DNA of 60,987 nt, filler included, from Sphacelaria rigidula (GCA_964200075.2; 3 parts of 3 records of this genome joined end to end with filler, not necessarily neighbours in it); one strand, 5' to 3'; positions 11,285 through 21,680 are shown, counted from the whole stretch's first letter. Notes: generated by a model from the letters alone, not told the origin. Program-made: numbers and translations.

Positions 11285-13951
11285 TTACCTGACGGCCGGT
11301 GAGGGCCGCATGGATCGCGTCGAGGTGTATTGACGATGTCTAGTAGTCGATGAACTGGAAGACTGATGACCAGACCATTTATGGCTGCCCCTGGTTGTAC
11401 GGCGACCGTTGTTGGTGTTGCGGTGGGCCCCGTGACCACGGCGAGGTGCGGCGCCGGGTTGGTCGTCGTCAGAGTCGCCATCACCACGACGGTGGCGAGG
11501 GGGGTGGGGTTTGATCCAGACCCCATCATCGTCGGGCGGCAGCGTGTTATGGGCTGCCCGCATAGCGGCGAAGAGGGCGGCGACGGCGGTCTCATTAGCA
11601 TGGCGACTGTCCTCGGTACCAATCGTTAGATAGAGCACGATTCGTTCGATGGTGAGAGCTCCTGGTCGTTGCGCGGGAGCTGTCCTCCTTGCTGAAGGAA
11701 GGGGACGATCACACTATTGATGGGCAGAGTTAGTGAGCGCCAAGCTTGCTCAGAGGCGCTGAGAACGTTGTTGCGCGTATACTCCCCTGAACGTTGGCGT
11801 AGCATCCAAGGAAGCCAACAGCGTTCGCTGCCCTGAAGGTGCAGCCCAGGTGTGGGGGCAGGGGGCGCCGAAGCCCGAAGGACCTGCGGAGTGCGCGTAG
11901 GCGAGGCCGTAGAAGCAGCAGCGGCAGCGTATGGGCGCGAGGACCCACGGTTCTCCGCAGAGCCTGGATGTGCAGGGGTAGGCGCAGGCGCTGACGCGGT
12001 CGCCGTTGTCCTCAGAAGAGGAAGGTGTCACTCTTGTTCCAAGGATTGAAGAGAGCCGAGGTGGCGGTGGTCGTGGCCGCGGTGTATTGGCGCAGGCGGT
12101 CTTCGTCGCGCCGGATGGTGTCGCGCATTTTGTGAGAGGCGGCGAGACGCTCGTTCAGGGTTTCCCGGGCCGCCTGTCGGCGGCTGGTCGCCGAGTCAAC
12201 AGCCTGACATTGGCGCGTCAGGCGTGCGGAGAGGCTGTCAAGAAGGAGACTATTGACAGCGTCATCCGCCGTCTGGCGGGGTGAGGGTGGTTCAGAGGTC
12301 ATGTCCTGTTGCATAGCTTCGTAATCCGCTAAGATTTGCTCCTGATCGGAGCGGGGACCACGCAACCAGAATCGGGGTAGGAGGCCCGGTGGACAATACT
12401 CGATGCCCAACAGGGGGCGGTCGTCCGTAGGAGACGTGGGTGCAGGCGCCGAAGCCGGATCATTGGCGGCAGCATCCTGCGGGGAAGTGTCATATTCCGC
12501 AGGGGTGGCCGTCACAGGGGCGTCAACCGTAGCCACCGTGTCGGCAGCTGCAGTTGCTGCCGCGCTGGGGGCGGGGGGCATGACGCGGACACTCTCAGCG
12601 TCTGTATCGACATCCGCGGCAGCAGTATGGGAGGCGGCTACGGCAGGAGTGGTGGTCGAAGGAGCAGGGGCATTGGCCATAGTTGCAGCTGAGCGTAGGT
12701 ATCGGCGAAGATCTACAATTTTTCGTTCGACAGCACGCACGGTGGCAGCGTCAGGATGGGGCGGAAGGGCACGGTGAGTGCTGCGTCCGCTGCGCAAAGG
12801 TGCGTGAATATTAGTCAACGAAGCATCAACGGGCGGTCGTGAGCTTACATGGGTCCGATCGACAGATTTAGGCCGTGATGATCCCGTGGTTGAAGATAGC
12901 CCCGAAAACAGAGCACGTACATCATGTACATGAGTAGTGGTATCACCATGGTGAACAATGTCATCATTATCCAAATCGAAATCAGAAGGAACAACTGAGG
13001 TTGAACGTTCGTCATCATGGGCTGCAGTCGCTGATACAGAGGCCTGATGATTCACATTACTGTCAAAGTGAACATGATCTGAGGACGTTGAATGTCGAAC
13101 GGCCGTGTGAAACGCGGCCGCAAGCGCTTGTGAAAGGGCAGTTGTCGCTGGACCGTTAGAAATGACAGCCGGCGATGAACGAAGCAAGTGCTCAAGAGCC
13201 GTTACTAAAGGCAAGTGCCCTGTGGAAGGCCCTCCGGAGCGGCCAAGACGCGAGGAGGATGTTCGGCGCGGGGGCTGGTGAACAGAAGTGTCCTCCCGAT
13301 ACATGTCGTATCGTCGCGGGCGCTGTAAGACACCGTAACCCTTGTGCGACGTATCGAAACGTCAGAAGGCATGGACGGATGCCGTTCATCAACACCGCGA
13401 GCGCGGGGTGAGTCAATAACCGCGGTAGAAGCCTGAAGTGGTTTGTGTTTCACAACAGTGGCAGCGCGTGGCGACTCGTTAGACATGTTGGAACCCCGAG
13501 ACGGAGCACGTTAAACAACAGAGCGAGCGCGTAGCGACTCGTCGATCGTGTTGGAACTCCGAGACGGTGTGCGGTTCACAACAGAGCGAGCGCGTAGCGA
13601 CTCGTCGATCATGTTGGAAGTCTTGAACAGTGAAGGGTCCGCGACAGAGCGAGCGCGTAGCGACTCGTTGATCATGTCGGCAGTCTTGGGCGGTGTGCGA
13701 TTCGCAACAGAGCGAGCGCGGAGCGACTCGTCGATCATGTTGGAAGTCTTGGACAAGTGACGGTCGTGGTCACCAGTAGCAGCCAAGTCTTGAGACGTGT
13801 AGTCGTCAAAGTGGAGGACCGAAGCTCTGTCGGATTTCACTTCTTCGTGTACAAGGGAAGTAAGAGTGAAGGGTTTTGAAGGAAGTGATGAAAGCAAACG
13901 CTGACGGCGTAAAGATTTGTAAGTAGGCAGGGCCGAGGGGAGAATTATTTT
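11285..13951 (-). pseudogene. Long extra coding region upstream of gag (repeat region, disordered segment, coiled coil), interrupted
   Basis: 13511..13897 and 13205..13486 share a frame; 12012..13304 is 430 aa with the coiled-coil-like ARLTRQCQAVDSATSRRQAARETLNERLAASHKMRDTIRRDEDRLRQY; 11750..12031 and 11285..11638 are in the gag frame. Confidence 0.6.
13392..13760 (-). repeat. Coding tandem repeat, 63-bp unit, about 6 copies (21 aa, core SNMIDESLRARSV)
   Basis: The ACAGAGCGAGCGCG-like anchor recurs at 13392, 13455, 13518, 13581, 13644 and 13707 (exact 63-nt period). Confidence 0.92.
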
Positions 13952-15205
13952 CTGCGGTTACGCAATATTAAAATGAAGAGGTAGGAATGGACGCTAGACA
14001 CTAGAGTACAATAGTTCTGGTATAATAATAGCAGGTAGTGTAGACTCGGCAGGAGATTGTAAGTATCGAAAAAAACAATTAAGCTGTAAAGACTACAGGA
14101 TTTTATAAACGGAGGTACACCAAAGTAGAGCAGACTGCTGTGATAATAACAATCAGCGTTATCTCGACAATTCCAAGTGCCGAAAAGGCAGACAGCAGAG
14201 CAGAAAGGTGGAGATGATTAAACGCCGAAAAGAGAGGAACTGCGGCGGAAATAAGACACCTGTAGAGGAAACTGTGTGTGGGGGAGTAGGGGGGGGGCGC
14301 ACTGCACTGAAGGTGTACCAAAGGTGTGAATTGTCGCAAGGAACAAACTTACAGATAAACCCAACAGTTGTCGCAAGAGAGGTTTGGGGCAAGAGCAAAA
14401 GCTGACAATGAGGCGACTGTGAAAGGAGACAGACACCCGGACAGATGTCCGACAGGCGCACTGTGCACGTTAAATATGACAGGGGTACTTAGTGGCCAGG
14501 CACACGCTGGACAAGGGTGTTTCAGTGGTGCAAGTACAATACCGCACTCAGGAGGTGTAGAAAAACACCACTCGAGACCGCGGAAGTAGACACCAATACT
14601 AGTGTAGAACACGTTGCTAAAAGGGAGGCGATGTGCAAATATATGTGAAATTCGATACAGAAAGATAATCAAAACGTGCGGCAGCGGGGGTGCGAAACAG
14701 GGAACTCAAGTGCAAGAGTCCAAGAGACGACAGCTGTAGCAGCCGACTGAAACACTAATCGCTGGTGCAGATCAGGCGCCAAGCTGAAAAGACTACAGGG
14801 GGATACAAATTTTCGAACAAAAAATCAGGACATCGTACAGCGATCCAGGTAGTGGAGCACCAGAGAGGAAAAAGTGGAACACGCAGTGCAAGGCCAAAAG
14901 GGAAAAGAAACTGTGTATGTAGTATCCACGCGAAAGATTAAAAACATTATCCACCAGTTCACGCGCAAAAGATGAAAAGCGCGTCGTGGAATCACGACCC
15001 AAAGGTGAAAGGTTGACCACGTAGTGCTCACCCAGCGAAAAATGGAGAAGCGGGGCTGGGGTGTGATAGAAACCTGACGGGAGGTGCGATGAGAGACGCA
15101 CAGCACCGAATTTGTCAATTGTGTTGGTGCAGGTTGTCGCGCGGGAGAACAAATAGTGTGCACTACAGTGCTCTGCACGGTGGAGCGGCAGGTGTTACTA
15201 CCACA

Positions 15206-15250
<45 letters not shown>
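15206..15250 (+). repeat. (ACT)n microsatellite, about 15 units, in the retroelement leader
   Basis: Direct read of the sequence. Confidence 0.95.
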
Positions 15251-15897
15251 GCGGCAGTTGCGACTACGCAATTGTCGCACCGAAAAAGTAAGTGTGGTTA
15301 TAAGTGGTGAACGAAAACACTAGAGCAGTCAGTGTCGAGGATGAGAGGACATCGCACTATAGACACAGCAGCGGCACACAAGTGACAACGTCCTGCAAGG
15401 AGAAACGGTATAGTCGCTTTCGCCGAAAGATAAAAGCGGCGTGGTTTGATCTGTCCAATAAGATATAATATCAACTGTCCGCAAGGGTTTACAACAAGTA
15501 ATATGACACAGCGCTGGGCGGGATGTTCGGCGAGCGATGTGGGGCAGAAAGGACAAGGACAATAGAGCAAGGGCACTACAGAGCAAGAGTGCGGCTCAGC
15601 AAAAGGAGCGACCGAAGCAGGAGAAGAACAAAGACAGAGTGCGCCAGCGGCGGAGGCGCAGTTGTGGCTGCTGTGGGGAAAACGTAACTGCGGGAATGAA
15701 CTACCGTACTATAACACAGCAAAAAAAGCACTGTAAAAGCTAAACAAAATCAGGGACTGTGATCTGCTACACTAAGACAGGGAAGGTACAGGTGCAACCA
15801 ACAAAAAACGAGGGACAGCATTGAACTATAGCTAAACAAGACAACGAGACTACAAGAATACGAGTGAAAGGCTACTGAAAAACCAAGCAAGACCCGG

Positions 15898-15915
15898 CCA
15901 ATTAGTCGAACTCCA
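15898..15915 (-). other. Primer binding site candidate
   Basis: Minus strand ...TATTACA-C-TGGAGTTCGACTAATTGG: TGG lies 1 nt after the end of the 5' LTR. The cognate tRNA was not identified. Confidence 0.6.
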
Positions 15916-15916
15916 G

Positions 15917-16466
15917 TGTAATAGGGATATGTGTGAACAGACTCCACACACCTTCCTCGATAGATCGATGTGAAATAAGCTATGCACGAGGTGCGATGAT
16001 GTGTCCGGAAGCTATATGATTCACAGGTAGGCTCACGTGACCGATGGTCAACTGTAGCAAGCAGGCAGAAGAAGCTCAAAGGCTTTATGTCTCGTAACTC
16101 TCACTTATTATTCCCTTGCTCGCCTAGCACACTGTTCTCACCAAAGGTAAAGAGTAGAAGCAGATGTCCGGCTCGAAGGGCAGCTCAAGAGTGGGCGAGT
16201 GTGCATGGAACACGACGTATCCGACCTCGACTCGAGAAGGCGTTTTGCCTCCTCGGGACCAGGGCATGTCAGCCTGCACACTGAGCTTCCCCAGCTAGGG
16301 TACACCAGTCTGTACACCGACCTTCCCCAGAACGTAGTCTGTACATCAACCTTCCCCAGAACTATGGGAGCATTCCCATGGATGGGTCGAGTGATCTGTG
16401 AGCCAACCTGCCCCAAAATTGTCTGTGGGAACAAATAGCGCCTCTCTATCTTCCTTCCTTATGATA
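15917..16466 (-). repeat. 5' LTR (550 bp) with expanded ~29-bp U3 repeats
   Basis: Plus strand TGTAATA...TATGATA; homologous to 2459-2871; about 4 copies of a TCTGTACA..ACCTTCCCCAG-like unit at roughly 16270-16420. Confidence 0.85.
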
Positions 16467-17217
16467 TAAATCCATTTCCTGGACGTTGCTATCGACACTA
16501 CCAGACCTGGGAATACCGTTATCCGAGGAGGTTGCACAGTCCGCGATTGCACGTTGGAAAGGTGTTTCCGGCGTGAGTCCGACATCAGATGGGTATGTGT
16601 ACCTGAAGAGGCACGTGGTATTGTCAGCATGGAAATCAAGAGGTTGATAAGTGATCTGGGCGTTGTACACGTATACGGGAATGAGGTCGGAAAAATATGG
16701 CCATGTTGTGCGTTCGCCGGTGTCATCGAATATCAAGGCTCCTCTGTGGTTGCGAACCCCCAACGTCGGTTTCGGTCAAAATTGGCGTGTGTACAGACAG
16801 AATTTCATCGTACTGACCCATAACTGACATCCACGTAACATCGGTGTACATGTCCGACAGTTGGCTGCAACGTTCCGTGGTTGGAATAAAAAGATCATCG
16901 TCTCTACAGCGGGCTGACATTGGCATAGCCCACGTTCGCCCTGCCGGTAAGTATAGATCGGCGTGTATTGTACACATGTCGGTCGGTTCGGTGGGTACAG
17001 GACCGGAGCGTTGTGAGCGGGGGCGCTGGAGTAGAAGGAACAATGAAGAAGCGACGTGCCCGGAAAAGACGTACTGGAACAAAGACAATGTGAGCGGCTC
17101 TGGTAGAGGCCCGTCTGTGGATGAAAAACCAAAAATGAGTTTGTTACGAGTGTGCATGAAAACGTGATTCGTTCTCTGTACCGTGTACGACGATACAAGA
17201 GACAGCGAATCCGCCAC
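16467..17217 (-). pseudogene. Unknown ORF (~250 aa across one frameshift) truncated by the LTR
   Basis: 16723..17217 and 16446..16763 join across a G5 run near 16757-16761 into a protein of ordinary composition. No recognisable domain. Confidence 0.3.
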
Positions 17218-17981
17218 AGTAAGTTGGCGTGCACCGTGGTTAGGCCTGCGGGTGGAAGAAGATTGGGTTGTGTGGCAAGAGAGAGCTCGCGTGTGCGCGC
17301 GGGTCTTGAGGGCCTTTTGGTCCGTTCGTTATTGCCTGAAACGGGTGTGAGTACTGCCTGAGACATCGTACACCTGCAGCTATACCAGAGTCGGAATGTC
17401 AGTGAAACTCAACGTAGAAAGAAAGGCAGCTGCTACCAAGAGTCAGCTGATTACCCGAGTATGGAATGTCAAAGACACCACGAAACGTCACACAAATTTC
17501 AAGTGGAAAACAAAACGAACCCGAAAAATACACAGGCTTGAAAAAAGAAACGTAGACTGCGGTGAAAAACAACTTTGCAAGAAGGGTACGAGAGAGAAAA
17601 CCCTACAGCTTGAGTAAAACGAACCACTCTGAAGCGCCAACTGTAGCAGTGTTGCAGTATGATAGCAAGCCGAATCCCAGAGGAAGGGATGATAGCAAGC
17701 TTGTTCTGAAGCCAGATCGTAAAACACGCTGAAGGCTCCTTGCTCAAGCATACAGTAGCAACAGCTGTTCGGAGATCACGAACCACGCCTCATATAATTA
17801 CGACCCAAAAGGGAAGACAGGTACGAAGGGTTATGATACACACAGCTTCCACAACTCACGTTGGTCTAACTGTGGACTCGAAGATCCAGTGCAATAGAAG
17901 ATGTCAGCAGGGCAGGTGATGGCTCGAAGACTCTTCTTCATTAGCGTTCTACTGTAACCCTATATCCAAAGGAAAGTAGGC

Positions 17982-18393
17982 TGTTGTAGTCGAAGAAAAC
18001 GAGTGAATGGCTCGGGGAATGGAAAAGGTTGTGACGCAGCTTGTTTCCCGCTACGCGAATAACACTTGCCATACTATAAAACCAGCCTGACGCGTCTTGC
18101 TTTCGCCCAATGAAAGCTTCAGCAGCAGCGTGCCCACTTGGTCAGATACAAGTAAACTGCAGTCTCCAGTTGTTGTCAGCCTCTGCTTAACTCTACAGTG
18201 CAGGCTGATCTTCGAACTAGGCCAACAGCAATACTTCAGTCAACACTTACGGAATTTCACTGTTTCATGGGTGACCTTTCATTCTACTTATTATTTGACT
18301 GCCATTCACTTGTGCACCAGTTCGTTTATTTCATTTATTTACTACTGCATTCGAACTCCAACTATCTCACCGATAATCTTGTAACAATCGTCA
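17982..18393 (+). repeat. Possible LTR of a second, unrelated element
   Basis: Starts TGTTG after purine-rich AAAGGAAAGTAGG; TATA-like CTATAAAA at about 18074; CA ends at 18386 or 18393 followed by a PBS-like TGACAGCGCGTGGG. No partner LTR or TSD seen. Confidence 0.3.
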
Positions 18394-18862
18394 GTTGACA
18401 GCGCGTGGGGAGACAGTCCAACGCAGTATAGTACACGTCGATCGTCAGGATATCCTCGCTCACAGCTTCAGGTAATTCGATTTCTTTTGTTCCTTGGTGG
18501 TGTTGATTGCCAGAGTCTCTCGAGAGGTCTTTCCGAACACCAGGGTCATCTTAGCGTTGCACCGATTCTTAGAAATAATCGGATTCAACCAGGTGTAAGA
18601 GGCATGTTTTTACGTACTCCGTGTCTTGACGGATTACTTAACATCCTCACCCCTGACCGCAGGTACTAGCCAGTTCCTACGATCAGCCCTCCGGGCGCGT
18701 ATCCTCGTTCCGAATCAACGGCCCATCATTGTACTGTCCCCCTTCCACCGCATGACGCCGCGATCCGTAACAATATGTGCGGGTGCGCTACGCTACACGT
18801 CGAACAAAACTGTCGACAGTACTCTGCCACCCTCTTTTTTGTTGTTGTGCACGTCGCATCAG

Positions 18863-19977
18863 GATCCCAAAACCAGCTGTCTACTCCCACGACGAGACGT
18901 TCACTTTTCAACCTTCGCATCTCCACGTTACCGCTCTTGCACAATTGCGCAGGTTACATGCCATGTCTGATGTCCACCGCCCTTCGACGTCATCTGAGCA
19001 CGAAATCACCAAGGACGGTGCGCTTCCTTGAGACAGTGGTGAAACAACCGTACAGTCAACCACGCGTAGTGAGACCGTTGGCGACAACGAACCAGAACGT
19101 TTCGATAACACTTTCTACGATAGCCCCCCCAAAAAACCAGCCAAAAATGTCACGAAACAAATGAGCATACAGCGCCTGATGCTTGGGTTCAGGCTGCATG
19201 AAGCGCCTCATATTGGCAGTACTGGCTAGAACGAACTCAGTCGTGAGAATTTCCCGCTGCTCGTTGTGCTCGGCTTTTCCCATTTCGATTCACCGGAAGA
19301 TTTTGCCTCCCAAAAACCATGCACTTTTGGGGGGGGGGGCTATCGTAGAAAGTGTCCGATGTTGATAGCGTTGTTGCAGGACGTATTTTCAGGGACGTGA
19401 GTATGGATGAAGACTACAACCCTCCTCCACATGATAACCCCACCCCCCTTGGTGCACACTCCCCCGTACACCAACCAGCCGCTCAAAACGCTGACGGTGT
19501 TCCTTCTTTTCATTCTCAGATGGCGTCTCTCCACGTGAACCCTACTGCTACGAAAACCTTTCTTGACGATGACCTTCGCACCCAATCTGGTGCTGAATCC
19601 CGTAATCGCCGCACTCTGGCTGTTGATACGCCGCCCAAATCGGAGCAATGCCCGCCCACGCGTGACGAAGAATACCACCGGCTTAGGCAAACTCGCCCAG
19701 CCTTCATACCCCCGCGCCATTGGTACAACTTTTCAGTAGCTGAACGAACAGCGTGCTGGGATGCAATTCGCAGCAACGATCTAGCAAAGATTGCACGTGC
19801 CAGCAGAGAGTTGGAATTTTCCAGCCTACGGGTTTCTACAAGGGTCCAGGAGCCCACACAGCCCCCCCGTAATGTAGATGTCCACCCCGAGAAAAAGCCA
19901 ACGGAACAGAGCGAACTAGAACGCATGATACGCGAATCCACGAAGGCTCTGGAGATTGCGGAGCAAGAAAATATGCT
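18863..19977 (+). pseudogene. Disrupted ORF (one stop, one TIR-element insertion, truncated by a LINE fragment)
   Basis: The frame of ORF 18777..19031 continues past TGA 19029 to ...NEPERFD; removing 19108-19355 fuses it in frame to TDVDSVVAGRIF...ELERMIRESTKALE. Confidence 0.5.
19108..19355. mobile_element. Non-autonomous TIR element (MITE), 248 bp
   Basis: Perfect 23-bp TIR ACACTTTCTACGATAGCCCCCCC / GGGGGGGCTATCGTAGAAAGTGT; no TSD visible. Confidence 0.88.
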
Positions 19978-20263
19978 AGTTTCTAACCTACCAGCCAACT
20001 TCGCGTTCCCCTCCCATACGTCTCCTGCATATTCCAGCCTTGAAACGATCACGTTCAATAGGATACATCTCTTGATCTTAGTGTCTAGGCGCGGGTCTCT
20101 GAGAATAACGTCCAACCCCCCTTCCTTTGCCGTACCTTTTTTTTACTACTTGTTTTACGTGTGCATCCTAAGAACAGTTTTTGGAAATCTCTACGCTAAG
20201 GTATGTATACTGGTCTACGATCGGCAGTTCCTCTTCTCCCCCCACTTCCATTTGAATTCTATC
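19978..20263 (-). mobile_element. Non-LTR retrotransposon (LINE) RT C-terminal fragment
   Basis: Minus strand gives FKWKWG-EEELPIVDQYTYLSVEISKNCS*DAHV ... DVILRDPRLDTKIKRCILLNVIVSRLEYAGDVWEGN, matching the LINE RT thumb pattern (Y.YLG, LEY..EVW). Runs into the gap. Confidence 0.8.
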
Positions 20264-20363
20264 NNNNNNNNNNNNNNNNNNNNNNNNNNNNNNNNNNNNN
20301 NNNNNNNTTAATTAATTAANNNNNNNNNNNNNNNNNNNNNNNNNNNNNNNNNNNNNNNNNNNN
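20264..20363. other. Assembly spacer (N44-TTAATTAATTAA-N44)
   Basis: Six-frame stop linker flanked by Ns; total length exactly 100 nt. Confidence 0.97.
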
Positions 20364-20781
20364 CCGAAAAGACCCTCCCCACGCCGTACCGACAAGACCG
20401 GTCATGACCTTCGTCGGAGGACGGGGAACGGAGGAGTTATGCTAGGGGTCAAATGCGCGGACTCGTTCCGCGTGGTTCGTGCTACATTTGAACTACGTAA
20501 CATTGTGAAATTGTGTGGTCATCGACGAGCATCGTTCAACCGATTATCATTGAACGGATCATGTGTCGTTGAGAAGTCCTGTGGTAGCAGCCACACAGAG
20601 TATGGGCTTCAACCCTAGTGTCATGGCAATTTTTGCCGTCGAAACCCGTTGACATCCTCAATGCACATAGAGTTGAAGCGAGCGGTTAGGCGAGGGCACG
20701 GGCAACGCGCAACGCGACGATGACCCTCCGTCACGAGCTCCGTCGAATGTTTCGCACGTCCGTATTTGCTATATACGGAAA

Positions 20782-21268
20782 GAGCGGGTGCACAGAGATA
20801 GTCTGTCGTGAGCTGAAACCGTAATTATACAGTGTATTACATACGGAACCACACCCGGATCGTACCCGAGAACACGGCGGCGGATCACGCCTACACTCTA
20901 CTCGGTCACATCAAATCTCCTCAAGAACCACAACCACACACATGCTCAGCTTTCCCCCAACCAATAAAAAAAAGCACTCGGAAGACGACAGGATTACCTC
21001 AAGTGGTGATAATCAGTTGCAGCGTCGGGCGCTGAATTTTGAGCGGGCGCACAGAGGTAGTCTGTTGTGAACTGAAACCGTCATTATACAGTGTATTACG
21101 TACTGAACCACACCCGGATTATGCTCGAGAACACCGGCGAATCTCCTCAAGAACCACAGCAACACACGATATGCTCAGCTTTTCCCCAACCAAGCAAAAG
21201 AAGAAGCGCTCCAAAGACGAAACAGTATCACCCTCGAGCGGAGAAAATCAGCCGCAGCGTCGGGCGCG
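20782..21268 (+). repeat. Diverged tandem duplication (~250-bp unit x2)
   Basis: GAGCGGG.GCACAGAG.TAGTCTGT.GTGA.CTGAAACCGT.ATTATACAGTGTATTAC...AATCAG..GCAGCGTCGGGCGC at 20782-21032 and 21041-21268. Confidence 0.88.
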
Positions 21269-21322
21269 CGCTCGCGGCGATCCATCGTGCATTGACACGG
21301 TCATCGAAAAGCACGCAAGGAC

Positions 21323-21348
21323 TAACCCTAACCCTAACCCTAACCCTA
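21323..21348 (+). repeat. (TAACCC)4 interstitial telomere-like repeat
   Basis: CTAACCCTAACCCTAACCCTAACCCTA. Confidence 0.85.
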
Positions 21349-21602
21349 GAGATGTTCACATTCCAATGCGGTCCCCTAAGCACGCGGTCCTCTCACGTAT
21401 TGCAGGGAGATGAGTCTCTATTGAACTCGGGCGATTTTTTACGTACTATTTTGCAATATAGATTCAGGGTGGGTGCAGCGTTCGCCGTTATCATGTTATT
21501 ATATCGTTCGCCGTTATCATCACAAAGAGGTATACTACAGAGGAACAGGTTTGCGTTCCGAAGCATGTATTTCTACATGCTCTTGTCACGACTAGGCGCT
21601 TT

Positions 21603-21680
21603 TCCCTCCCGCTCATGCTCCTTGGGTAAAACACGTTTCCCTTACACCGGGAATCGAGTTCGAGTCCTACTCGGGATCCC
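21603..21680 (+). other. Degenerate tRNA-like sequence (SINE head or tRNA pseudogene)
   Basis: TTGGGTAAAACACGTTTCCCTTACACCGGGAATCGAGTTCGAGTCC: D-loop-like GGT, a TTACAC anticodon-like loop and a B box; stems are broken. Confidence 0.4.

Larger units (their letters stand above)
2459..16466 (-). mobile_element. Ty3/Gypsy LTR retrotransposon with chromodomain integrase, about 14 kb, degenerate and probably chimeric
   Basis: Related LTRs at both ends, PBS-like TGG after the 5' LTR, PPT before the 3' LTR, and domain order gag(CCHC)-PR-RT-RH-INT-chromo. Multiple stops and frameshifts. Confidence 0.95.

Noticed and set aside
11283-11290. Perfect minus-strand splice donor AG|GTAAGT
   Set aside because: It coincides with an in-frame TAA that could come from one CAA-to-TAA change; no acceptor could be assigned.
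13392-13760. CRISPR-like repeat/spacer appearance
   Set aside because: The units are in-frame coding repeats inside a retrotransposon, the 'spacers' resemble each other, there are no cas genes, and the context is eukaryotic.
14103-14339. env-like transmembrane ORF in the leader
   Set aside because: Only 78 aa, and hydrophobicity is expected from the T/C-rich strand; wrong position and no env features.
20264-20363. TTAATTAATTAA palindrome as a biological site (also 40671-40682)
   Set aside because: It is an artificial six-frame-stop contig linker within Ns; adjacency across it is not guaranteed.
21603-21680. Functional tRNA gene (also 575-666, 24937-25030, 40155-40232 and the lone B box near 44782)
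   Set aside because: A/B boxes are present but acceptor and anticodon stems do not pair into a cloverleaf.
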